DNA of 16,975 nucleotides, from the NCBI GenBank assembly GCA_003166335.1, contig PMWA01000026.1, positions 13,879-30,853 of the forward strand, read 5' to 3'. The stretch comes from Methanobacterium sp. GTDB taxonomy: Archaea > Methanobacteriota > Methanobacteria > Methanobacteriales > Methanobacteriaceae. Shown here in pieces: positions 1-8,521 of the stretch. The notes beneath the pieces were generated by a model. The model saw nothing but the letters and a program-made list of their open reading frames with translations, did not search any database and was not told the origin of the DNA. A program made the position numbers and the translations under genes. Each line of letters begins with the position of its first letter. Position 1 is the first letter of the stretch.

Positions 1-669
1 GTTTTTATCCCGCATAACCTCGTATTCAAATTCCTTCCAACCCAGCACGGACTCATCGATAAGCACTTGATTTATAAAACTCATTTCTAAGCCACGGGTA
101 GCCACTTCTATTAGTTCTTTTTTATTATAAGCTACCCCGCCCCCGGTTCCTCCAAGTGTAAATGCTGGACGCACGATCACAGGATAACCAATCTCTTCCA
201 CGGCATATAATGCTTCTTTTACGGACGTAACTGCATGATTTTTGGGGATGGGTTCATCAAGCTTTTCCATGAAACTACTGAATAAATCTCGGTCTTCTAC
301 GTTTCGAATAGTCTCTACTGATGATCCTATAACCTTAACATCAGAAAGTGCATTTATCTTCTCCAGTCCAGTGACAACATTTAAACCAGTCTGTCCGCCC
401 ATAGTGGGTATTACAGCGTCAGGTTTCTCTTTTTCTATGATTTTAGAGACGATTTCAGGGGTGAGGGGTTCTACATAAACTTGATCTGCCATATCTACGT
501 CTGTTTGGATGGTGGCCGGATTACTGTTTACGAGCACGGTTTCTATTCCCTCATCCATTAATGATTTACATGCTTGTGAACCAGAATAATCGAATTCAGC
601 AGCTTGACCAATCTGAATTGGCCCTGAACCAATGATAAGAACTTTTTTTATATCTTCATCCCGGGGCAT
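1..669 (-). CDS. carB: Carbamoyl-phosphate synthase large subunit, 5' part only (runs off the left edge)
   Basis: Not in the ORF track. Manual translation from ATG at 669 gives [57 protein letters not shown]..., the canonical CarB N-terminus. GAGGA SD-like motif upstream; lies directly downstream of carA. Confidence 0.98.
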   Translation of the reverse strand, partial: MPRDEDIKKVLIIGSGPIQIGQAAEFDYSGSQACKSLMDEGIETVLVNSNPATIQTDVDMADQVYVEPLTPEIVSKIIEKEKPDAVIPTMGGQTGLNVVTGLEKINALSDVKVIGSSVETIRNVEDRDLFSSFMEKLDEPIPKNHAVTSVKEALYAVEEIGYPVIVRPAFTLGGTGGGVAYNKKELIEVATRGLEMSFINQVLIDESVLGWKEFEYEVMRDKN

Positions 670-731
670 AATACTAATCCTCTTTTTTATGATAATATAA
701 ATTTCTAATTATTTTTTTTTATTAAAACATT

Positions 732-1814
732 CTAATATTTTTTTATGGCATTCAAAAAGTTGTCAAAGTAATAATCAGAATCATTAGGGCCTGGTCCGGA
801 TTCAGGATGGTACTGTACACTAAATACAGGCAGTTCTTCATGTTCTAATCCTTCAGGTGTACCATCATTCAGATTTATTTGAGTCACTTTTAATAAGGTA
901 CCCTCTACTGATCTAGGATCAACGGTAAAACCATGATTTTGAGAAGTAATAGAAACTTTACCCGAAGATAAATCTTTAATGGGTTGATTTATCCCTCGAT
1001 GCCCGAATTTCATCTTATAAATCTCAGCTCCGAACGCTAAACCGATAATCTGTTGCCCTAAACATATACCGAAGACTGGCATTTCTTCAGATAAGTCACG
1101 CACGTTTTCTATTGCCTTTTTAACTCTATTCGGATCACCTGGACCGCTTGAAACTAGCATGGCATCTGCATCATAATCTAAAATATCCTCAACATCCATT
1201 TTATAGGGTAAAACCACCACTCCAATCTTTCTTTTAAGCAATGCTTTTATACTATTATTTTTTATACCACAATCCAAAATCACTGCACGATGAGTATAAT
1301 CTTCTCCTAAAATTCGTGGTTCTTTGACACAAACCTGATCCACTAAATCTAAGTCTCGTATATCAGGTTGTCCCCGGATTAATTCTAGTAGTTCAGAGTC
1401 TTCTATATCTTCTGTGGATATAACTCCTTTCATAGTTCCATGTTCACGGATTTTAAGGGTGAGAGATCTAGTGTCAATTTCACTAATACCGGGTATACTG
1501 TTTTCCTCTAAGAAATCATTTAGACTTTTTTCTGATTTATTATGGGAAGGATGAGTGTTATGTTCTCTTACGATAAATCCTTCAGCTTTTATACTCTCTG
1601 ATTGAAACCATTCCCTAGATATTCCATAATTACCCTGTAATGGGTAGGTTGACATGAGTATTTGACCTTTATATGAAGGGTCAGTTAGTGATTCAACGTA
1701 TCCGGTCATTCCAGTTGCGAAAACTACTTCTCCACTTCTAATTGTCTCATAACCGAAGCCTTCTCCTTTATATATTGTTCCATCTTCTAAAGCTAATTTC
1801 GCTTCATTTACCAT
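732..1814 (-). CDS. carA: Carbamoyl-phosphate synthase small (glutaminase) subunit
   Basis: Motifs [32 protein letters not shown], catalytic [21 protein letters not shown] and QYHPE; GGTGA SD upstream; adjacent to carB. Confidence 0.98.
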   Translation of the reverse strand: MVNEAKLALEDGTIYKGEGFGYETIRSGEVVFATGMTGYVESLTDPSYKGQILMSTYPLQGNYGISREWFQSESIKAEGFIVREHNTHPSHNKSEKSLNDFLEENSIPGISEIDTRSLTLKIREHGTMKGVISTEDIEDSELLELIRGQPDIRDLDLVDQVCVKEPRILGEDYTHRAVILDCGIKNNSIKALLKRKIGVVVLPYKMDVEDILDYDADAMLVSSGPGDPNRVKKAIENVRDLSEEMPVFGICLGQQIIGLAFGAEIYKMKFGHRGINQPIKDLSSGKVSITSQNHGFTVDPRSVEGTLLKVTQINLNDGTPEGLEHEELPVFSVQYHPESGPGPNDSDYYFDNFLNAIKKY

Positions 1815-1904
1815 TTACACTCACCAATATTTTTTGAAAAAATAATTTTTTTTCTAAAATCTAAAACCTTCATTTTTTTTTAAATGAATTATTAACTATT
1901 TATT

Positions 1905-2351
1905 CTACTCTAATTCAGTATCTAAATCCATTTCCATCAATACTGCATCTTCAAAATCCTCATAATATTTTTTAAGAATCTCTTTTTTATTAAATCCCAT
2001 TTCATTATAGAATTTAATAGCACCATCATTACTCACTCTAACCTCTAATTTGATAAGATTTACATTATAACGTTTGAAAATTTTAAGTGCAGTTTCAACC
2101 AATAGGGTTCCTACACTTTTCCTGCGATATTCATCATCTACGGCTATGGATATTATGTGTCCTTCTTCCTCAAATCTGATCCAAAATATAATATATCCTA
2201 CTACAATATTATCTTCTTGAGCAACTAAAAATCCTGCACCTAAATTAAAAATATCAATTAGGATTTTTGGTGGGTAGGGATCTTTGAAGGATCTATTTTC
2301 AATTTCAAGAACTCTCTTAATATCTTGTCGTTTAAATTCTCTTATTATCAT
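1905..2351 (-). CDS. rimI: RimI/Ard1-family GNAT N-terminal acetyltransferase
   Basis: Motifs GHIISIAVDDEYRRKSVG, LEVRVSN..AIKFY...GF and YYEDFEDA. Start moved from the track's 2426 to ATG 2351 (MIIREFKRQD), which has a GGAG SD and avoids overlap with the divergent gene. Confidence 0.92.
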   Translation of the reverse strand: MIIREFKRQDIKRVLEIENRSFKDPYPPKILIDIFNLGAGFLVAQEDNIVVGYIIFWIRFEEEGHIISIAVDDEYRRKSVGTLLVETALKIFKRYNVNLIKLEVRVSNDGAIKFYNEMGFNKKEILKKYYEDFEDAVLMEMDLDTELE

Positions 2352-2394
2352 AAAATTCTCCAAGTAAAAAAAATTTAGGAGCTGTGCAGAAATT

Positions 2395-2784
2395 ATGTGG
2401 AATGATTTTATCCAATACATTATCAATAATTACAACCACGCCCCTAAGATAGTGGAAGTGGCTGTAGGAAACTTCTTAGAAGTTGCATTCGGTTTAAATA
2501 AACATCTTAAGTTGAATATAATTATGACGGATATTAAACCTTCCCATACTAAAATTATTCAAGATGATATTAGCCTTCCTAACTTAAAAATATATAAGAA
2601 TGCATCACTCATCTATTCAATTCGACCTCCAGAAGAATTACATCCTCATTTAATAAAAGTTGCAGATAAAGTAGGATCAAATCTCATCATTAAACCATTA
2701 TCGACCGATTATATAAATTCACAGAGAAAACTGGAATTAATTAACTACAAAAAAACATTTTTCTATATGTTAAAAAAAATTTAA
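2395..2784 (+). CDS. UPF0146-family protein (small archaeal methyltransferase-like fold)
   Basis: Motifs KIVEVAVG, TDI, DDI..P and LIYSIRPPEELH match my recollection of UPF0146; AGGAG SD at about 2377. Confidence 0.85.
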   Translation: MWNDFIQYIINNYNHAPKIVEVAVGNFLEVAFGLNKHLKLNIIMTDIKPSHTKIIQDDISLPNLKIYKNASLIYSIRPPEELHPHLIKVADKVGSNLIIKPLSTDYINSQRKLELINYKKTFFYMLKKI

Positions 2785-2983
2785 TGAAATAATTAAATTA
2801 TTATAATATTTATGGCAAGATTCAACGTTATTTTAAAAAGAGTTTTTAAAAATGGGTTTAAATTAAATTAATAAACGATTTGAAGAAGAGGAAAATCATG
2901 CCAACTTTAAAATGTTCTTAACGCAGTTTAACTATATTTAATATGGTAAATAAGCTTAAAAGTGATTAAAAGAGGTTTTTAGA

Positions 2984-3784
2984 TTGAAGATAATAGTAAT
3001 GGCTGGTACCACTGAAGGGGTGAAGATCATAGCCATGATAGCTTCTCTTGAAAATACGCATATAATTGCTACTACTGTAACGAAGTTGGGTGGAGAGCTG
3101 GCTAAATCAGCTGGTGCCCATGAAGTCATATCAGAGGCACTGGATAAAGAAGGGATTGAGGAAATTATAAAAACTAAGAAAATAGATCTCCTGATAGATG
3201 CCACCCATCCCTTCGCAGAAGATGCCACCAGAAATTCCATAACAGCAACTAATGCGACGGGAATAAATTACTTACGGTTTGAAAGGCCTTTTATAGATTT
3301 TCATGAAAATAATCATATTCATTCTGTCGACTCTTTTGAAAATGCGGTATCAAAAGTTTTGAAACTTATAGACACTGATAATCCTCGGATTTTCCATTTG
3401 GCCGGGGTCATGACTCTACATTACCTAACAGAAGTTTTAAATCCAAAAAACATCGTGATAAGAGTTCTACCTTCAATATATTCAGTTAAAAAATGTCTTA
3501 ATTTAGGCTTGCCGGCTGAAAATATAATAGCAATGCAAGGAATTTTCTCTAAAGACTTCAATCAGGTTTTGATGCAAGAATACGATATAAATATAATGAT
3601 AACTAAGGAAAGTGGTGATGCTGGAGGAACTCCTTCTAAAATAGAAGCAGCACAACAGTTGGGGATTCCGGTGGTTATGGTTATGCGCCCAATAGTTTCA
3701 GAACTTAAGAAAAAAACTGTTTTCAATAATATCAATGATTTATTGGAAGAAATTCTGAATTTAAAAGTTATGAATAAATTATAG
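2984..3784 (+). CDS. cbiJ: Precorrin-6A / cobalt-precorrin-6A reductase (CbiJ/CobK)
   Basis: Motifs AGTTEG, IDATHPFA, YLRFERP, RVLP, IIAMQG, TKESG..GG...KI.AA..LGIPVVMV.RP; TTG start with a GAGG SD. Confidence 0.95.
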   Translation: MKIIVMAGTTEGVKIIAMIASLENTHIIATTVTKLGGELAKSAGAHEVISEALDKEGIEEIIKTKKIDLLIDATHPFAEDATRNSITATNATGINYLRFERPFIDFHENNHIHSVDSFENAVSKVLKLIDTDNPRIFHLAGVMTLHYLTEVLNPKNIVIRVLPSIYSVKKCLNLGLPAENIIAMQGIFSKDFNQVLMQEYDINIMITKESGDAGGTPSKIEAAQQLGIPVVMVMRPIVSELKKKTVFNNINDLLEEILNLKVMNKL

Positions 3785-3822
3785 AAAACTAGATTTAACT
3801 CAAAAATAAGTTAATATAAATG

Positions 3823-3886
3823 TTTAGCCTCAGTTCGCCCATCATTCATCACGGTTCAGAGCTCATAGGGTTCATCATCGGCCAAA
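3823..3886 (-). ncRNA. Archaeal box C/D 2'-O-methylation guide sRNA; D' guide predicted to target C34 of intron-containing elongator pre-tRNA-Met (sR49/sR-tMet-like function)
   Basis: Minus strand reads TTTGGCCG-ATGATGA (C, 3872-3878)-ACCCTATGAGCT (12-nt D' guide)-CTGA (D', 3856-3859)-ACC-GTGATGA (C', 3846-3852)-ATGATGGGCGAA (12-nt D guide)-CTGA (D, 3830-3833)-GGCTAAA. All four boxes are perfect consensus and there is a terminal stem (UUUGGCC/GGCUAAA). It is a GC-richer island in an AT-rich intergenic region. Confidence 0.93.
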
Positions 3887-4106
3887 AAATAGATCAATTA
3901 AATATTAATGGTAGATATATATCCCTAATATCGATCAGTTAATTATTTTCCTTAAAAATTTCATTATTTTATAAATAAACTCTCTTTGTACAATCATATA
4001 AAATTTATTAATTCTGATATCATTTTTTATTTACTAATTAAGTAATTTATGCAATGGTTTGTAAATTTAAATTAATTTTCAAAAAAATCCATGAATAAGC
4101 TTTCCT

Positions 4107-4553
4107 TTAATTTACGATGGGTAAAACTTCAAAGAACAGTTTTTTAAAGTTATTCAATAATTCTTTGGGGAAATTTAAACCAACACAAATAATCAAAACA
4201 CCAGTCCATATAACAGCATCTTGAATGTTCGGGGTTTCTATCACTTCTTCATCGAAAACCAGACTTACTTTTGCTTTTTTTTGGAGGAAATCCCAAAGAG
4301 TTTCACGTTCATGATTAGCACCGTTTATTACAATGTTATTACGTAATGCTAATTGCAAAAATTGTTTCCAATCATTAAAATCACAAAATTCGATCCATAT
4401 CGATCCATTCATATCAATACAAGAATTACATGTTTCAATTTCCCAATGAAAGAAGTTTTTAATAATATCCTCTAATCCTTCGTCAACAGAAATATAAAAA
4501 TCATCATCAATTTTAACTTCCACTTGTTCATGTTCAGACATAATTTTTACCAT
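4107..4553 (-). CDS. Hypothetical protein (about 144-148 aa) with an N-terminal VDxxLxxII...TxxSC motif
   Basis: Long open frame with globular, acidic composition. The track's extension to 4664 looks like AT-rich intergenic read-through; the likely start is ATG 4553 (MVKIM) or ATG 4541 (MSEHEQ). Confidence 0.7.
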   Translation of the reverse strand: MVKIMSEHEQVEVKIDDDFYISVDEGLEDIIKNFFHWEIETCNSCIDMNGSIWIEFCDFNDWKQFLQLALRNNIVINGANHERETLWDFLQKKAKVSLVFDEEVIETPNIQDAVIWTGVLIICVGLNFPKELLNNFKKLFFEVLPIVN

Positions 4554-4847
4554 CAATATCAAGCCTATTATTTTCATTATATTTATCAATTTATTATAAA
4601 ACTTAGCAATTTTTACATATTTAAATGATGAGTTGATGGAAAATGTAAATTTTTTATAGTCCAATGAAAAGAGAATTCATATTATCTTTTTTCAATTAGA
4701 GAATAATAATAAAATATAATATTTTATAGTTAATTAGTATGAAAAAACAGTAAATTGAATTTCATATTTGATTAATACTGATATTTCTAATGTGATCGAG
4801 ATGATTCTGTTAAAATAAAAAAATAGAGGATAAAATCCAGTTATGGA

Positions 4848-6080
4848 TTATCCGTACATTACTCCGGCTTCTTTTCGCATTTCTTCTTCACGTTCAATGC
4901 CCATTATTTTATCCACAGCATCCATAAAGTCGTTCATGGTAACGGTGACTCTTTCTTCTCGAATGGCGAACATTCCTGATTCGGTGCAGATAGCTTTGAG
5001 ATCGGCTCCAGATGCTCCTTCGGTCATGGAGGCTATCATTCGAATGTCGACTTCTTCATTTAATGTCATTTTTTTAGTGTGGATTTTAAGTATCTCCATT
5101 CTACCATCTTCGTTAGGTATATGTACTTCAATGAATCTGTCGAATCTTCCGGGACGTAGTAGTGCAGGGTCTAATATGTCGGGTCGGTTAGTAGCGGCTA
5201 CGATTCCAACGTCTCCCCGTCCTTCGAATCCATCCATTTCTGCTAGTAATTGCATTAGGGTTCTTTGAACTTCTCGATCTCCGCTGGTTGAGCTTTTTAG
5301 TCTTTTAGCTGCGATGGCATCGATTTCGTCCATGAAAATAATACTAGGTGCTTTTTCTTTAGCTAGTTCAAATACACCTCTTACTAGTCGGGCTCCTTCA
5401 CCGATATATTTTTTCACGAATTCTGATGCTACTATTTTTATGAATGTGGCGTTAGTTTCGTGAGCTACTGCTTTAGCAAGCAGTGTTTTACCAGTGCCGG
5501 GTGGACCGTAGAGTAATACTCCTTTCGGTGGTTCTATTCCTATTTCTTCGAATAATTCTGGTTTTTTCAGGGGTAATTCTACTGTTTCTTTTATTTCTAC
5601 TATTTGTTCTTCTAATCCACCTATTTGTTCATAACTAATGTCTGGTTTTTCTTCTACTTCCATTCCAGTTACCAGTGGATCTTTTTCAGATGGTAATACA
5701 TTTACTATGCCAAATGTTTGTTGATTTAAAGCTACTCTGGCACCTGGTTCTAAGGCATTTTCATCTAAGAATCGTGAATATCCTATAACGAAGTGTGGAC
5801 CGGTACTGCTTTTTACGACTACTTTTCCATCATCTAGAACTTCAGTTACTGTGGCTATGACTAGTGGAGGGGATCTGAATCTTTCAATTTCTCCTCTTAA
5901 TGATTTCACTTCCCTATCAAGCCGCATTTTCTCGTTTTCCATCAGTACTTTGTCTTTTTCAAGTTTTCTTACCTTCCACATTAAATTTCTTTTAGTTTTA
6001 GTATTTTCTTCTTTAAGAAGCTTTATCTCCTTTTTGAGGTCTTCAATTTTTTTAAGAATATTTTGGGACATGTTTTCCAT
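4848..6080 (-). CDS. pan: Proteasome-activating nucleotidase (AAA+ ATPase)
   Basis: N-terminal coiled coil, OB domain (SSTGPHFV), Walker A GPPGTGKT, pore loop KYIGEG, Walker [32 protein letters not shown], and C-terminal HbYX motif (MYG); GGAGTGAG SD. Confidence 0.98.
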   Translation of the reverse strand: MENMSQNILKKIEDLKKEIKLLKEENTKTKRNLMWKVRKLEKDKVLMENEKMRLDREVKSLRGEIERFRSPPLVIATVTEVLDDGKVVVKSSTGPHFVIGYSRFLDENALEPGARVALNQQTFGIVNVLPSEKDPLVTGMEVEEKPDISYEQIGGLEEQIVEIKETVELPLKKPELFEEIGIEPPKGVLLYGPPGTGKTLLAKAVAHETNATFIKIVASEFVKKYIGEGARLVRGVFELAKEKAPSIIFMDEIDAIAAKRLKSSTSGDREVQRTLMQLLAEMDGFEGRGDVGIVAATNRPDILDPALLRPGRFDRFIEVHIPNEDGRMEILKIHTKKMTLNEEVDIRMIASMTEGASGADLKAICTESGMFAIREERVTVTMNDFMDAVDKIMGIEREEEMRKEAGVMYG

Positions 6081-6139
6081 GATCCTAGCTCACTCCTACT
6101 CGGTTTTCACTGTTAATTAATTATTTTGATTTTTTATAA

Positions 6140-6147
6140 TTATATAA
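6140..6147 (-). promoter_or_regulatory. Candidate TATA box for pan
   Basis: TTATATAA 60 nt upstream of the pan start, leaving room for a leader containing the SD. The AT-rich background limits specificity. Confidence 0.4.
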
Positions 6148-6193
6148 CCAATTTATTATACTTAATAATATTTAAATATTGAGGTAGCTGAAG

Positions 6194-6201
6194 TTATATA
6201 T
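6194..6201 (+). promoter_or_regulatory. Candidate TATA box for mbf1
   Basis: TTATATAT preceded by purine-rich GAAG (BRE-like), about 33 nt upstream of ATG 6234. Confidence 0.45.
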
Positions 6202-6233
6202 AGAATATAAATTTATAAAAAAGGTATGTGATT

Positions 6234-6692
6234 ATGAGATGTGAGATTTGCGGTAAAAAAGTGGTTGGAACACCTGTTAGGGTTAAAATTGAAGGTTCAG
6301 TTATGCAAACTTGTCAGGAATGTTCAAAATTTGGTAAAGTTCAAAAAGAACCTCAAAGAGCGATTAGAAAAAGAACTCCTCCGCGACGTCCTCGGTATAA
6401 GGAGCCTTCAAATGAGGTTTTAGAGGATTTCAATACAGTTATACGTAAGGCCCGAGAGAAGATGGGATGGTCTAGGGAAGATTTGGCTGAGAAGGTTTAT
6501 GAAAAGGTTTCTGTTATAGGACGGGTAGAATCTGGGAAGATGGTTCCCGATATTAAGCTCGCCAGAAAACTGGAGAAGATTTTGAATGTGAGTCTTCTTG
6601 AGAAAGTTGAGGATGAAAATTTAGAGGATAAAGGTCCTCAAAAGATTAGAGGGGCGACTATTGGTGATATAGCTTTTATAAAAAAGAATTGA
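6234..6692 (+). CDS. mbf1: Archaeal multiprotein bridging factor aMBF1 (Zn-ribbon plus Cro/C1 HTH)
   Basis: MRCEICG...CQECSKFG zinc ribbon; HTH IRKAREKMGWSREDLAEKV.EKVSVIGRVESG; C-terminal TIGD; divergent from pan. ATG 6234 is preferred over GTG 6228. Confidence 0.95.
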   Translation: MRCEICGKKVVGTPVRVKIEGSVMQTCQECSKFGKVQKEPQRAIRKRTPPRRPRYKEPSNEVLEDFNTVIRKAREKMGWSREDLAEKVYEKVSVIGRVESGKMVPDIKLARKLEKILNVSLLEKVEDENLEDKGPQKIRGATIGDIAFIKKN

Positions 6693-6696
6693 TAGA

Positions 6697-6704
6697 TTTT
6701 TTTT
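6697..6704 (+). terminator. Oligo-T archaeal terminator candidate after mbf1
   Basis: T8 run beginning 5 nt after the stop codon, in a convergent intergenic region. Confidence 0.5.
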
Positions 6705-6844
6705 AGAAATCAATTTTATCCCCAATTTTCTTTTAAAAAAATTGAGAAGAATTTTTAACTATTTTTTGATTTATTTAGACTTAATAAAATGAAAATTTTT
6801 ATATAGATAAAGAATTTACTAAATTTTTTCTTTGGAGGAATATT

Positions 6845-7201
6845 TCAGGAAGTGTTTTTATGGGAATAATAACCTCTTAATGGTTTAAGATCTTTAAAAA
6901 TTTTTTCTAATTCCGAATAATCATCGTATTCACGGCTTAAAACCATGATATGTGCAGGAGGATGTATTTTCTTTACTTGCATTATGCTTTTAGTGGTATC
7001 CTCCTGCACTCTAACCATAACCACAAACTTAGTTTTTGACTTCAAATCTTGTTTTAGAACGCTTTTCATAAATTTATCAGCAATCTTAGCTTGCAGTATC
7101 CTTGGCTTTCCAATGATCTTTAATTTAGCATGTCTTTCCAGATCAGCCAATGCATTCAAGATTTTCTTATCACTATCCGCTCTAACTAAAATTAATGCCA
7201 T
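6845..7201 (-). CDS. DUF356-like small protein, last gene of the cell-wall cluster
   Basis: LILVRAD...K..NALADLERHA.L.I.GKPRI and IHPPAHI match my recollection of DUF356; AGGAG SD; 19-nt gap from the upstream gene. Confidence 0.8.
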   Translation of the reverse strand: MALILVRADSDKKILNALADLERHAKLKIIGKPRILQAKIADKFMKSVLKQDLKSKTKFVVMVRVQEDTTKSIMQVKKIHPPAHIMVLSREYDDYSELEKIFKDLKPLRGYYSHKNTS

Positions 7202-7220
7202 AATTTCATCTTCTCCTTTT

Positions 7221-8519
7221 CTATAACTTTTTCCTTCTCCTTGAGAAAGAAGAGATAAGAGTACTTCTAAATAGTACTAAAACTACCATAATCAAACCTA
7301 TAGCAGTCTGTAAATTTCCAATAGTATCTAATATAGAAGAGCTTATTGGCAGATTCCAAGCTGGTGCAGTCCTACCGTTTGGAAGTGGAGTGTAGTAAAT
7401 TCCCACTTGTTTAGTGTAGGTTAAAATATGGATATCATCCGGTTCAACAGGGTTAACACCAATTAACAAACCACTACTAATGGCTTTGTTAATATCACTA
7501 GCTATTAGAGTAGCATCGAAGCCATTTTTACTTACAGAAGATTCAACTACTGATTGGGTGGTATCAATAATACCGGGGTCGTCAGTTCCGTAGGTAGTAA
7601 CGCTAGCATTGGTTGGTTCAACTGTTATATAATGTTCAAGAGCTTGATAAGCGTATACTACTGTTAAAGGATTATTATCAATAGGGGAAGTAGTGTAACT
7701 ATCAGCATCAGGATAAGTAATACCCCAACCACTGATATTATCAACTTTCTCAAAGGGTTGATCCATCGGGAAACCTGTTTGATTTAATTGGGATGGTGTA
7801 AACGTATCTTCAGTGGATATACCCGAATCCAGATTGATACCTCCTCCACCATACTGTTCACCTGATTGACTGGCCACCATTTTAAAAGTATTAGCCAATA
7901 TTTGTGTAGCTGGGTAACCATCCCTAATTTGTTCACCAATCATTTCAGAAGCAGCCAGTCCCACTGCAGTGGTATTATCGGGTTGAGGATTACCTGGTGT
8001 GTGTAGCAAGTGAAGTACTGCTCCTTTGGTGCCGGGCGGTAATACACCTATTTCTCCGGTAGTGGGAGTGATGGTAATGGTACCATCATTTGCAACTTCG
8101 ATTAACCAATTACCAGATGTACCGGCTATTGCTGCTCCAATGGTTGGACCTCCAATCACTAATCTCTGCCCAGAGAAACTATTAGCAATACTAGCAGCGG
8201 ATTCTGTGGTAGCTCCTGATTTAAGTGCATTAATACATTGTACTATCATTTGCAACCTAGGTGTGTCATTTACAACAGTACTAGCACCAGAAGTATCCGC
8301 ACCACCGGATAGGATTGCAAACTTATCTTGAGGTGAGTTCATGAAGGTTGATTCGAACATGTTACTGTCAAAGGACATACTACCTGCGGCTGCACCGTTA
8401 GGATCCTGGCCAGTGGGATCAGTTATGATTATTACGTTACAAGTTGCAGCGGCAGCATTCATCATAACTAAGGTAGTAATAAATAGCACCAGAAGTCGTG
8501 CTATATTCACATTCCGCAT
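7221..8519 (-). CDS. Exported, C-terminally membrane-anchored protein; putative Ntn-hydrolase fold
   Basis: Signal peptide (MRNVNIARLLVLFITTLVMMNAAAA), a large T/S/G/N-rich ectodomain, and a C-terminal TM (AIGLIMVVLVLF) followed by a basic tail (RRRKKL). Start is ATG 8519 (GGTGGTGA SD) or GTG 8525, which overlaps the upstream stop. The fold call is an inference; the CDS itself is solid. Confidence 0.8.
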   Translation of the reverse strand: MRNVNIARLLVLFITTLVMMNAAAATCNVIIITDPTGQDPNGAAAGSMSFDSNMFESTFMNSPQDKFAILSGGADTSGASTVVNDTPRLQMIVQCINALKSGATTESAASIANSFSGQRLVIGGPTIGAAIAGTSGNWLIEVANDGTITITPTTGEIGVLPPGTKGAVLHLLHTPGNPQPDNTTAVGLAASEMIGEQIRDGYPATQILANTFKMVASQSGEQYGGGGINLDSGISTEDTFTPSQLNQTGFPMDQPFEKVDNISGWGITYPDADSYTTSPIDNNPLTVVYAYQALEHYITVEPTNASVTTYGTDDPGIIDTTQSVVESSVSKNGFDATLIASDINKAISSGLLIGVNPVEPDDIHILTYTKQVGIYYTPLPNGRTAPAWNLPISSSILDTIGNLQTAIGLIMVVLVLFRSTLISSFSRRRKKL

Positions 8520-8521
8520 GG

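Noticed and set aside
242..478. 78-aa plus-strand ORF
   Set aside because: Antisense shadow of carB.
1..1814. Functional link between carAB and the CarB-related ATP-grasp gene of the wall cluster
   Set aside because: They are about 13 kb apart and separated by unrelated housekeeping genes; nothing in the sequence supports more than coincidence.
2352..2426. N-terminal extension of rimI in the ORF track
   Set aside because: Overlaps the divergent UPF0146 gene; family similarity and the SD point to ATG 2351.
2785..2983. Cobalamin riboswitch upstream of cbiJ
   Set aside because: No B12-box or other conserved cobalamin riboswitch motifs are visible, and the region is too AT-rich.
2956..3240. 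94-aa minus-strand ORF
   Set aside because: Antisense shadow of cbiJ.
4554..4664. N-terminal extension of the orphan ORF
   Set aside because: TTG start and an I/K/N/F-rich sequence typical of AT-rich intergenic read-through.
4843..6120. Plus-strand ORFs 4843-5268 and 5851-6120
   Set aside because: Antisense shadows of pan.
6241..6423. 60-aa alternative-frame ORF
   Set aside because: Lies inside mbf1, with no SD or recognisable motif.
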